A stretch of 35,357 nt of DNA from Phoronis australis. Its lineage: Eukaryota > Animalia > Phoronida. The stretch spans positions 1 to 35,357 of the forward strand of contig NMRA01001221.1 in the NCBI GenBank assembly GCA_002633005.1, given 5' to 3'. The position numbers and the translations under genes are program-made. Below, one piece after another: positions 22,077 through 33,647 of the stretch (within the stretch, counting starts at the first letter, position 1; the number at the start of each line of letters is the position of its first letter). The notes beneath the pieces are model-generated. The model worked only from the letters and a program-made list of their open reading frames with translations. It did no database searches and had not been told where the DNA came from.

Positions 22077-23120
22077 ATGTCAGATTTAACGGATAAAATC
22101 TTCCACAAGATTCGCCTTCCTCATCCGAATGGGAATGTGTTTGAGGGTAATGTTGTTCTTAACGGTATATCAGCAAACTCTTGGCTACTTCCGATCGGGA
22201 TCGCTAAGAGGTCCAGTACTACACCCAAAGTTCATGAAGCCATTGTACATAGCATACAGGAGAGAGCAAAGATTGCAGGGTGTGTTATGGGCAGACGCCA
22301 TTTTGAGAAGAGGAGGCAAACAATACCTTGTCATGAAGTAATCAGAGGCAAAGGTTTGCTACCAAGCGACGATAAGCTTAACGACGATGCTCTTAATAGC
22401 TGTAATAAAAGCGATGGAAGAAAGCTATTCAGTTTACACACAATACGAAAGCATCGACCTATGACGTCAGTTTATCGACCTACTCCGGAATCTGACGACT
22501 TCCCTTGCATCGACATTCGGAAAATGGTAACTGACCAAACGGGCACATGCCCAGTAACTTCAGCGCTGGTGCCGTCAGTAGACGTCACAAGTGCAAGGTG
22601 CGTCAGTGCTCTAGAAGTTCGCACACACGCACAAGTATTAGATACTCATTCAACAAGCTTTCGCACACTAGATGCCATGCGCGAAGCGTACAACACAAGA
22701 GTGCGTTCGGCACCAGCGTGGAATACGGAATCCATGAAAATAGAAAATTCGTTCAATTTGGGCATAAGTTCGTTAACGACTGATGCACACAAATCAGGCC
22801 TCAACGATCGCACAGTGACACCGCGGAAACTTTACAGTGGCGGCTATTTTCTTCCGCTTCTTTACGACGAGGAGTTAGAAATACAGCACAGTGCTGGCTG
22901 TCCTTACATGTGCAAAGGGTGTTTCAAGGCTTGTCTTGCTTCTGACTCATATTGGGAAAAGCTTGGAGATCAAGGAGATTGTGCCAATGAAGTTAATAAG
23001 AAACAAGCAAAGCGCCGAGGTAATCACATACAATCTCTCAGCAGGACAGTAAAAAAGCCGATTATATGTATTCCTATTAACCAAGAGATTCTAGACACGC
23101 AATCCCATAAAGTTGCATGA
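22077..23120 (+). CDS. Uncharacterised 347-aa protein (single long coding exon) with C-terminal HxxxCPxxCxxCxxxC cluster
   Basis: A 1,044-nt ORF in AT-rich DNA. Acceptor ACTAATTGCTTTTGTAG| ends at 22067, just before the ATG, and AATAAA is at 23461. No recognisable domain or TE motif. Confidence 0.65.
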   Translation: MSDLTDKIFHKIRLPHPNGNVFEGNVVLNGISANSWLLPIGIAKRSSTTPKVHEAIVHSIQERAKIAGCVMGRRHFEKRRQTIPCHEVIRGKGLLPSDDKLNDDALNSCNKSDGRKLFSLHTIRKHRPMTSVYRPTPESDDFPCIDIRKMVTDQTGTCPVTSALVPSVDVTSARCVSALEVRTHAQVLDTHSTSFRTLDAMREAYNTRVRSAPAWNTESMKIENSFNLGISSLTTDAHKSGLNDRTVTPRKLYSGGYFLPLLYDEELEIQHSAGCPYMCKGCFKACLASDSYWEKLGDQGDCANEVNKKQAKRRGNHIQSLSRTVKKPIICIPINQEILDTQSHKVA

Positions 23121-24891
23121 GTAAACCGATTTTAGAAACGTAAGGGTTTACATGAGCACATTCTGTCGCAAAATACTCACATGACACTTGCGGCGAGAAC
23201 TCTTGACTTATGGAAGGGCAAAAAACGTTTTTACTTCCAACGTGTTCAAATGATTTAACATTCCGTGGTCTTGCATGGTTCCTCGTTTCTCGCAAGAAAC
23301 GTGCTCCGCAGAACGCAACCCAGAACTATATGGAGTCTGGCTGTCCTCGTGTTCTTCAATTCACATTCAATGGAGGACGATTTGGCTGGGTTATCAAGTT
23401 GGCAGAGGACACCTGCTAATGAATTGCTATGGAATGTATGGATATTTTGTTTCTCCACGTAATAAATGACATACGTAGACTACCGTTCAGTGTATTTCAA
23501 AGGGTTTGATGCCTTGCGATTTAAATTTCCGTTACATTATAAACGAAATAGTTTTGATTTAGGAGATATCAGGAACAACAAATAGCAAACAAGAAGACTT
23601 GAAGTATTATGAACCACTGTAAGAAAGTAGCACATTTTTGTGTGAGGATCAACCGGAAGTCACTTTCTCTCTCATTGCTCTAGAAGGCACCAATATGAAA
23701 AGTCCGCTATTTGAGGATGGAATCTTGCCCAGTGCCTTGGCAGTTCAGACTCTGGTTTCTCGGATTTAACTTCCAACGTGTTCTACCAACTGAAGTGGCA
23801 AAAACACCACTTTCAAAAAGTCTTCAGGACCATCGCAGGCACTCCTTTCTGTACGTTTTCGCACTAGTTTGTTTTAAATTACTCTCCTCTGATTACGACG
23901 GGTGTGTCCGATTGAAGACATAGCCATAAATGTACATTATGCATTCATGTGAACATGTTCACTCAATTTTTGCAACGAACATAGTTACTTGCATTGCATT
24001 GAATTGTGGGCTACTAGAAGAGCAAAACATTGTGTCATTCCGAACTTATAAGCGGCGGGTTACATACATGTCAACCCTCTCAGGCCCCCACCTGCATCAC
24101 CTTCTGTAAACATCAAAATTTAAAGGAAAAATCCATAATATCTCTAAACTGGATTGCAACGTGACATTTTGACAATTCAATGAAATAAAGACATGCCCAT
24201 ACAAACTAGTGAGCAGCACAGCTTCATTAAACAACATATGAATCGATTATATTCACCATGCACCGCATGTATTCCCATGTTTTTAAATTTTTAGTCAAGG
24301 GATGAATACTCCTGGTTGTACTCAGATGCTGCTTTTTTACAAAGTGTAAGTGTTTATCACAGGGTTTCTGATCACTGCAAATACAAGTGTTCATCTTGCA
24401 CTGCAGTAGTGCTGCTTGAGTGTTCACATTTTTCTTGCAATCTGTGAGGATTTTTCTGACCACTAGAAATCTCTCACAGTCTGCATCACTGTGCGGGGGG
24501 GAGATACGACAGCTTTCATGATTGTTTTCAAAGTGGGAATCTTTCTTCTCCTACGAGATGCTGGATGGAGGCCCAAACCTCGTTCTACCCTGGTGGGTAA
24601 TACGCTCTTTTGTCATCACGGAAATTGGTAATAGCTTTAAATAAATACTGAAGTTTTTTTGAAGGATCTGCATTACTTTATTTGTACGCCCGTATTTTTC
24701 GTTTATTGAACCAAATCCATATAAAATACGGTCATTCTTTATACTAGGTTTACATGTCACTGCGGGCGCAGGAATCGGCAGAAAACATCGGTTTAGTTCA
24801 ATTATGATTAAAACCATGGAATAACATCTCCTAAAAACAACACCCATACAATTTCCAATTATCTGACGTTAGAATGGGTATGCTTAATTTA

Positions 24892-25006
24892 CTTTGCCGA
24901 CACCGCTGGGTCAACCAGATGGACGTCTGATTGGCTTCCGATTACTACTTCCGGTTTGCAGACCAATCAGATGTCTTAACCGCTTGTCCAGACGGAACCG
25001 GCGAAG
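24892..25006. repeat. Imperfect palindrome / small hairpin element
   Basis: Inner arms GACGTCTGATTGG / CCAATCAGATGTC and outer arms TTTGCCG / CGGCGAA. Confidence 0.4.
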
Positions 25007-25539
25007 ACAATCAAGTGCAGCCATAGTGTGAAACTTCTTCCATTAATTACTAGCCTTTTTGGGCTGTCTACGCATAAAGTATAGTTTTCAAGATGACCAA
25101 ACTGTGTGGTATATTTTAATTACCATTCGTTAAGAAGTGGGACAATCACTCCAAACAGTTTCCTGTTTGACTATGTGAGACGAGCGGGTGAAACACGCGT
25201 TGAATGACTTCCACCACAACGTCTTCTCTTACTCCGCCCTATTTGTCCACTAGACTGCGCGCCAGTAGGGCACTGTAACCGCCGCTGTATACTACTGCTG
25301 GGCTCATCACTACTTTACATAAAGAAGTTAGCCATTCATCGCCCCAATGCCAACAACATTTTGATGTTGGATGAAAATTGGTAATGTCGACAAAAATTGA
25401 AATATTGAAGGGTGCGAGGTCAATCGTCCTTCACTTGTCCGTTCAGTAGTCTCTACTTTTCGAAAAGTAGGCCAACCTGCTCACCAGGCATTTTTAGGGT
25501 GTTTTGTAAAGATTTATAATTTCTGCTGATATCAAAAGG

Positions 25540-25861
25540 CTTTGTTCAGGCCAAGATAGTATTATTATTATTATTATTATTATTAATATTATTATTAGTA
25601 GTAGTAGTAGTAGTAGTCATAGTAGTTGTCGTAGTAGTAGTCGTAGTAGTTGTCGTAGTAGTAGTCGTAGTCGTTGTCGTAGTAGTCGTAGTCGTAGTAG
25701 TCGTAGTCGTAGTAGTAGTAGTAGTAATAGTAGTAGTAGCAGTCGTAGTAGCAGTAGCAGTACTAGTACACTTAATTCACATATTAAGACAAAAAATACA
25801 CTTGATGCAGATTTACGCTTATGGAGACTCCTTGAAGGACCCAAAAGTTCCGCTGACCACG
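25540..25861 (-). mobile_element. 5'-truncated copy of the LINE 3' UTR, including compound (ATT)n/(AGT)n/(CGT) microsatellite
   Basis: Near-identical to 29356-29735 on both sides of the microsatellite. Confidence 0.75.
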
Positions 25862-27146
25862 CAGGCCACATAGAACGACTCCTGGGTGAGTCTTCAGTTT
25901 AGAAACCCTTGTTCTCAGTGGTTTGGTCTAAAAGTAGATGCCTGGCTTGTACTTTTCAAAACCCTGGTAGGGTGTACCATCACGTCATGGGTAACATGTT
26001 CGTTGAAGCTCGCCTCACATTAACAGTGAACTTGTTTCCGGGAATGCGAATAAATTCGTTTGTGAAACTAAAATTATGCTTGATGTACATGTAGTGCTCA
26101 TAGCAATTTAATGGAAATATGCTGTGTTGTTGTTCAGTTTTGATACGAAAGTAACACAGGAACGAAACAAAATGTGATTAATTCATTGCACCACACTTAT
26201 TTTGTAACCTTTTTCACGTTTTATAAGTAAAAAGTTCATTACTGTTCGACACATCAGAATGCGTTCCCGATCGCATAAACAAACACAAATTTGCGTTCCC
26301 GATCGCATATTTCAACAGAAAAGCGTCGAAAAATCAGAGATCCTGACAAAACTACAAAAAAACAAGCGTTACGCTATATTTTTGCACGTCATTTCTTCAT
26401 AACTCCATGGTCAATTTATTGATTTAGTGCCAAAAATAACGGCAATTTGCCAAAATGACATTCAAATCACCTTTGGCTTAAGCGATGCCTCGGTCAAAGT
26501 AACGTTTCTCCTATTATTGGGAGAGACACTAGCCTAAACCTCTACTTGCCCTTCCTAAATGTATTACGTCTTGAAGTCATTTCTCTGTTTTCACATTGGT
26601 AGTAAAAACAACGAAAATTCATCAAATTTACTCAACTTGCCTGGCTTTGCTTCTCGCGCCATATTTTGTTCTTGATCGCCTTCCGGTCGTTCTCGATCGC
26701 GGGTTGGCCGGGGTGTTGTCGGCGAGTCATTACGAGTATCGAAAGCAGTTGTGGGAAAAGTAGTGTGAGAAAAGTTTGTGCAGCTGCCCTCATTTCAGTA
26801 GGTATGCCTACAGTTTGTAGGGTTTTCCGAAGACGGGGAGACGAGGAAAGTTAAAAACAGTTTGCTTCTCTGTCAACTACATTTCACATCATACATGTAG
26901 TTTAGTTATCTATAATTCCTCAATCCCCGAATGATATTCCAGAGTTTGCAGATTTCTAAGTAGACGTTTCGTCCCGTTCACTGATGAACTCTGAGTGCCT
27001 GAACAGGAAGTGTTTTTTAACTCACGCCCCAAATGTCAGCTAACTTGATACATCCCGATAAAATGCAAAGATGCAGTATCAATGTTTTGACACCAGAGTA
27101 GGCCTACACAGCAGTGGGTTCTATGTCAAGAGTGAACAAAGGTTGA

Positions 27147-28492
27147 CCAGGGCCCGGTCTCCAATCTCCGTACTCAGACTCGAATCATGCTCAAACTCAC
27201 ACTTCATACTCAACTCGAGTACAGACTCAGCTTTGGTGTATTCAATGTCATACTCGAAAAATCTGTACTCGAAATTTCGAGCACGTACTCAGTTTTCGAG
27301 TGTACTCGAACTGAAGTGTATCTCATCTATATTTCGAGTACGATTTTGAGTAAAAATTTGGAGTCTATGCTCTAATTTCAAGTTTGGTATGGCAGTGTGC
27401 TTGAAATCGTACTCGAAAATAAATACGAGCCAGAGAACAAAATGTCGAAAGGGAACCAAGAAACGCAGCAAATCTGAAAAAATAAGTCCTCTTACCGTAT
27501 CTCAGCACTTCAATTTCAGTTCAGAGATAATACTTTTCATCTTAAATCTTCTTATTCTTCACCTTATTAACGCGCCGTATCACTGTATGTTATGGCCGCC
27601 ATTCTACATTATGTACCTCTACAATTCCTGGCAACAGGCGCATTGTAATCCCTGGTCGGCGAGTCATAACAAGCGTCGAAAGCAGTTTGTGCTGCTCTTA
27701 TTTCGGTATGTGTGCCTACGTTTTGTAGGGTTTCCAAAAGACGAGGTACATTTCTCATCATAACTTAGTCATCTATAATTCCTCAATCCACAAACGGAAT
27801 TCCAGATTTTGTTTGCCGATTTCTAAGTAGACGTCTCGTCCCGTTCACTGCCACTGGTGAACTCTGAATACCTGCACAAGTATTGTTTTTTAACTCACGT
27901 GCCAAATGTCAACTCACTTGACACATCCCAGTAAAATACAAAGATACAATATCAAAGTTTGACATCAGCTTAGGCCTACACAGCAATGGGTTTATGTCAA
28001 GACTGAATTGGCAACAGAGATGTAATGTGATAAGCTGTTACATATTTCTTAAGACATTTTCGGGACTGGGTGAGGAACTCAAGAAGTAAAGCTTAATAAT
28101 TGCCAAGTGTATCAAAGAAATGGCATAAGAATACTTATTGAAACTAAAAAATGAATAACAGTTGCAGAACACTCAAAATTCCACGTTATAGACACACTCT
28201 TGTAGTTGTAGCGACAGCAGACAATAATGTAGGCCTAGTTGTTGGGGGTGGTCTATTCCTGGACAATAGGAAGCGATGAATCAGCGCGGCTTTGCGTGAT
28301 TTTGCATTTCACATCATAAAGAGTTCCATAGCAACTCGAGTATTAGTGTCAGATTTGAGTACGTTTGGAGTCTACTCGAAATCCGACATTAGATACGCTT
28401 TTTTGAGTACGACTCCAGTGAGCACGATTTTGAGTATGAAATTTCGAGTATGAGTATGAGTCTGAGTACGGAGATTGGAGACCGGGCCCAGG
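27147..28492. mobile_element. Non-autonomous TIR element (~1.35 kb) with ACTCGA/GAGTA subterminal repeats
   Basis: Left CCAGGGCCCGGTCTCCAATCTCCGTACTCAGACTC and right GAGTCTGAGTACGGAGATTGGAGACCGGGCCCAGG form a 35-bp TIR with 1 mismatch. Confidence 0.8.
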
Positions 28493-28877
28493 AACCAAAC
28501 ACACGAGGCCTTAATGGCAATTGGCGTTTCGGGCTGACGTGGACAACCGGCTAACTGAAGAAGAACACCGCCGCTGGCAATTAAGGTACAAATTTTTGCA
28601 ATTCGACCTCCCGTCAAAGAAAATGTGCAATTCGAACTCCCCCTTAGAAATGTTGGTTGCAGGCCAGTGATATGGTACCTGACCTCCGGACCGGGGTCAC
28701 CGGCCCACCACTGCATCACTGAAAAAGAAAAAAAATTCAATATGCCGTCAATAGGTGGTTTGGCGATGCCAACTTTAGGAGTAAATGCCTCAAGGGTAGG
28801 GGAAGTCGAACCCATTTTTCCCCCTGGCTAAATCAGACATTGAGATTGTAACTGCCTCTGTTCCGTCTTTGACTTTG

Positions 28878-29329
28878 ATGTGATAAGCTGGTAGAAACTT
28901 CTTAAGACATTTTTGGGATTGAGATAAAAAAAACAAGAAGTTATGCTTAATAATTGGCAAATGTATCAAGAAGTCTATAAGTTTTTGGTATAAGAATATC
29001 GTATTGTAACTGAAAAAATGAATTACAGAACACTCGGCATTCTACGTTCTCTTCTAATTGTAGCGACAGCAGACGATAATGTACATGTAATTACTAGGGT
29101 CTATGCGAACAAGGAGCGCCGAATCAGTGCGACTTTGCTTGGTTTTGCATTTCACATCATAAAGAGTTCCATAGCAACTCGAGTACGATTTTCAGATTTG
29201 AGTACGTTTGGAGTCTACTCGAAATGCGACATTAAAGACGCTTTTTTGACTCCAGTGAGCACAATTTTGAGTATAAAATATCGAGTATGAGTATGAGTCT
29301 GAGTACGGAGATTGGAGACTGGGCCCAGG
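28878..29329. mobile_element. Second copy of the right arm of the same TIR family
   Basis: Aligns along its length with 28025-28492 and ends in the same TIR (GAGACTGGGCCCAGG). Confidence 0.75.
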
Positions 29330-29355
29330 TCTGAGATTTCGAGGCTTGAAAAGAC

Positions 29356-29371
29356 TTTGTTCAGGCCAAGA

Positions 29372-29405
<34 letters not shown>

Positions 29406-29559
29406 TTATTATTATTATTATTATTATTAGTAGTAGTAGTCGTAGTAGTCGTAGTAGTAGTCGTAGAAGTAGTCGTAGTATTAGTCGTAGTAGTAGTCGT
29501 AGTAGTCGTAGTAGTAGTCGTAGTCGTAGTCGTAGTAGTAGTAGTATTAGTATTAGTAT

Positions 29560-29610
<51 letters not shown>

Positions 29611-31045
29611 CAGTCGTAGTAGCAGTAGCAGTAGCAGTAGCAGTACACTGTATTCACATTAAGACAAAAATACACTTGATGCAGATTTACGCTTATGGAG
29701 ACTCCGTGAAGGACCCAAAAGGTCCGTTGACCACGGATCTATCAGAGAATAAAAATACAGTGTTACAGATAATCAGAATTACAAAAATTAAGTGATTATG
29801 AAATTTAAAACTACTTGTGAAAAAAACTAGGAGAGATTATCGAAGATAGTTACACACAAAGCAGCTGGGTATAGTGCACTCAAGTTCATAACTTTCAAAA
29901 CAAACATTCTTAAAATAATTTATAACAGAGGATAACGAATGGATAAACAGTTTTTGGGAGACACTTTTAAGAAGGTTATTAATCATAGGAGGTAGGTCAT
30001 TGCGAACTAAATCTTCACCAAACGATTTAGTACAACGGGGAGTTTGTAGAAGATGTCATTGTCTAGTTTTATATTCCTGAACAGACGCACAGGTAATTAA
30101 ATTGAACGTGTTGAAAAATGAAGGTAAGTGATTATGAACATATTTGTAGAAGAATTTAATAATAGCAACAACATACAAGTCCTTAATTTTGAGAATCTGT
30201 GTAGTCTTAAATAAAGAATCTGTATGGGCATTAAAATAACTAGAGGTAATATTGCGAATAACCTTTTTCTGCAATTTGAATATTCTATTATGTTCACACC
30301 CCATAGCAGAATGCCATAATTAAAATGAGGAAGGACAAGACCATTATATACAGTTTTCAAAGTTTCAAAGGGCAAGAAATGTTTTAGGTTATTAAGAACA
30401 CCACCGAATCTGCTTATCTTTCTCAACAAATTGTTTATGTGTGGACTCCATAACAAGTTTTCGCTGATGGTAACATCAAGTAAATTGAAAGAACGAACTC
30501 TTTCAATTTTCAAGTTATTAAACTTTAAATAAAAATCATCAATACATTTTGGGCTTTATGAAAACCATAAATTTTGTTTTAGTTGCATTTAAAACCAGTC
30601 CAATTACATTTAACCAAGACTGAATTTTCTCCAGCTGTGCACAAAACATAGGTGACTCATTTACAGACAACGTCCTATGAATACCATTAATAATAGTAGT
30701 ATCATCAGCATTAAGTATGCAGTCAAAGAAATTTGTGCACTTCACAAAATCATTCATATAAATGATGAATAATAACGGACCCAATATAGACCCCTGTGGG
30801 ACACCTCGTAGAATTGGAACTGTGTTAGATTTTTTGTTGTTAATTTGAACATACTGAGCCTTATTAGAGAAATAGTTTCTCAAGAAACTTAAAGACAAGG
30901 GGTTACAACCATATTATAGAAGTTTGTCAAGTAAAATTGACTGACTTAAAGAGCCAAAAGCTTTTCAAAGATCAATTAGAATGGCCAGTGGCAATTTATT
31001 ATTTTCCATAGCCCTGACAATTCTATCCATAATTTCAACTGAAGC
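29356..31045 (-). mobile_element. Decayed, 5'-truncated non-LTR retrotransposon (L2/Crack/Daphne-like RT)
   Basis: Frameshifted fragments: AILIDL*KAF, GVPQGSILGPLLFIIYMND, NADDTTI (YADD motif), LLWSPHINNL, VYNGLVLPHFNYGILLWG and LQKKVIRNIT...AHTDSLFK. Confidence 0.88.
29374..29646. repeat. Compound trinucleotide microsatellite (ATT)n-(AGT/CGT)n-(AGC)
   Basis: Directly visible. It produces the spurious poly-Y/S and poly-I/V ORFs. Confidence 0.95.
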
Positions 31046-32645
31046 TGGCTTGATGGCAACAGCTTACAGTTTTATTCACATGAAGCCGGCTTGTTGGCAA
31101 CAGCTGTCATGCTACTGATTGCTTGTCTTTATACTGCCCCGTCGGGACAGTTACAGTTTTTTTTTCCGTTGTCTTTATACTGCCCCGACGCCCCTTCGGA
31201 ACAGTTACCAGTGGCACAGGGCCTGAACCCTTAGTTCTCCGGTAGCAGGTTGTCACGAAATTTGGTTGTCTTTATACTGCCCCGTCGCCTCTTCGGAATA
31301 GTTACTAGTAGCGCAGGGCCCAACCCTGAGTGCTCCGGTACATGGTTGTCACGACAGTTTAGTTGTCTTTATACTGCCCCGTCGGGACAGTTTTTACCAG
31401 TTGAGCAGGCCCAGGACCCTTAAGTGCTCCTGGAATAGGTTTGTCTCGGAAATGCGGCTTAGCGTGGCTTCGCGGAGTGACTGCAGCCTGTCGGAGACAG
31501 TCTGCATTCCGGCAAGCTTGTGTAGTGTGTCAGTTCGGCAATATCTGGGCTGACCGAGAGCAATTCTCAGCGCCCAGTTTTGTAGTTTCTGTAATTTTTC
31601 GATTGTGGAAGGAGCACAGGTTGAAATGTCGATGGCGTCATATTCGAATAGGGGTCTGATGAACATTTTGTAGATCAGTGGTAGGCAGTCGCTCCTAGCG
31701 CCCCACCCTGTGCTCTTCAATCGATACATGAGCTTGACTCTGGTTCTTGCACGGTCACGCACGCGTGCGACGAGGGGTTGTAACGTCAGTCTTTGATCAA
31801 GGGTTACCCCTAGCAGAGTGGCCTCTGCTTTTGCTGTGAGGCTGACACCAAATAGTGAAAGACTGAACGGTCACAGTTTGTGTTTGCGGTGGAACAGGAT
31901 GACCTGTAATTTTGCGGCAATGGGTTTGATGCGCCAGATGGAGCACCAGTCCTCCAGTTTTGATAGTTCCCGCTGGAGGCGTGCTTGGACAACTGTCTCT
32001 TGTTTTTCACTTGTCCAGAACCCGAGATCGTCAGCGAACTGGGATATCTGAATTTTGTCCCTTGGGTGAACTGGTAGGTCGTTGACATAGATCAAAAATA
32101 GCAACGGACTTGGGACGGACCCCTGGGGGTGCCGGCCCTCAGATTCACCGGTTGGGAGACGGTTTGTCCCTGTCTGACTGAGATGCATCGTTCTCTCAGG
32201 AAAGACGACAAGAGCCTAACCATTTTGTCAGGTGGACCTATATTGGAGAGTTTGTATCTCATTCCGTCATGCCATACAGAGTCAAAGGCTATTTCCACGT
32301 CCAACATTATGGCTCCGGTGCAAAAGTTTTTGCCCATTGCCGTTTTGCCTTGAGCTATCAGTCTATGAATGTGTTCGATTCCTTCACGATTTTTCCTATA
32401 GGCTCGTTGCCACGTGCTAAAGAAGCCTTTGGAATCCAGTTCTGCGTTTATTCTATTCGTGAGGATTCGTTCGAACGTTTTGCAAATGCATCATAGCAGA
32501 CTAATTGGGCGGTAGTTGGCCGGGTTAGTAAGGTCTTTCTCTGGTTTGGGTATCATGACACCCACTGCGCTTTTCCACGGTTTGGGAAAGTGGCCGATAG
32601 CAACGCATCTGTTGTATATCTCGGCTAGCCTCTCGTGGAGAGGAG
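31046..32645 (-). mobile_element. Decayed, 5'-truncated non-LTR retrotransposon (Jockey/I-group-like RT) with repeated 3' end
   Basis: Fragments GHFPKPWKSAVGVMIPKPEKD..PANYRPISLL, LDVEIAFDSVWHDG..YKL, PQGSVPSPLLFLIYVNDLP, QFADD, IYKMFIRPLFEY and LQKLQNWALR in shifted frames. The ORF ends at 31394. Confidence 0.88.
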
Positions 32646-33602
32646 ATACAATTTTTGAGACACGCTGAACAAGTCATACAAGAAGCGCCAATCTATTAGA
32701 AAACACGAGCCTGTAATCATGAGCACCGTATTTAGATCAGAGATTGTTTTTCTGTGCTCACGCATGTTAACCTCTTAAAAACATAATGATGACTACATGT
32801 CGTCGCACGACAAAATAGTCAAACGAGCACCCTTGTGGCGAAACATCATGGTATATTTGACTCAACAAAGAGTGCTATTAGTTATATTATCGGCCAATGA
32901 AGCCAAACAAAACGTATCGAAACAAGGGCACTCCGGCTCAAACGCAAATTAAAGTAAAAGAGAAGAGTGTCATTTCAAAGAAACGCTATTAAGTGCTTTT
33001 AAGAGTCTTTATTGGTTAAATACAAAATGATTTTGAAGCTAACATTGCTTTATCAACCAGTAAGTTAAGAAAAACCAGCGGCGAACAATCACAATACAAT
33101 CTATTGCCAGTATTGGTATTAAAGGGCAGAAAGTCTTTTATGCGCATGCGTGTTTAACCTCTAACCCAAACCTTAAACGGGACTACTCGTATACTGTGCA
33201 TGCCTGAATCAGTGACTATACTCAAGCCTTTCATCGTCCATCGCTACTGTTACGAAGCAGCTGTGGAATGCGCGAGGCAATCATAGATCAAAAGGCTTCG
33301 CCGCGTTGCTTCTCCCGCTGGTAAAAAAGTTCAACCCATCAAGGTTGCTGGAGTCCACTCCAAAATGAAGCTAAATCTTTCATGGAACAAGTCTCAATGC
33401 CGATAAATGCTTATTAACAAACGGAGAAAACACGACACCTCGGTTACCATTGTTAATTCATTATGTCATGTATTCTTTAATTCAGCTGTCATCAATAGGT
33501 GGAGCTGGAAGTTGGGTATATAACCGCGGTGTGAGCCAGGTGTAGGGCGCGGTTTGTGAGGCAACAGCGAATGGAGGTGGTTTGGACAGCTCGCTGTTTT
33601 AC

Positions 33603-33647
33603 CTGCAACTCTCCATAGAGCTTTCGCCTGCCAGCTTTCGTCAGCAA
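33603..33647 (-). ncRNA. Degenerate type I hammerhead-ribozyme-like motif
   Basis: Minus strand: TTG-CTGACGA-AAGCTGGCAGGC-GAA-AGCTCT-ATGG-AGAGTT-G-CAG. The core boxes and a 6-bp stem III are present, but stem II is poor and the cleavage-site base is G. Confidence 0.3.

Noticed and set aside
24227-24847. Minus-strand ORFs with several Cys
   Set aside because: No recognisable motif, and no convincing splice-site pair or start context
26965-27010. Hammerhead motif around CTGATGA / GTTTCGTCC
   Set aside because: The core boxes are on opposite strands or in the wrong order, with no GAAA after a stem II
29312-29795. Poly-Tyr/Ser and poly-Ile/Val ORFs (also 25617-25871)
   Set aside because: Translations of trinucleotide microsatellites
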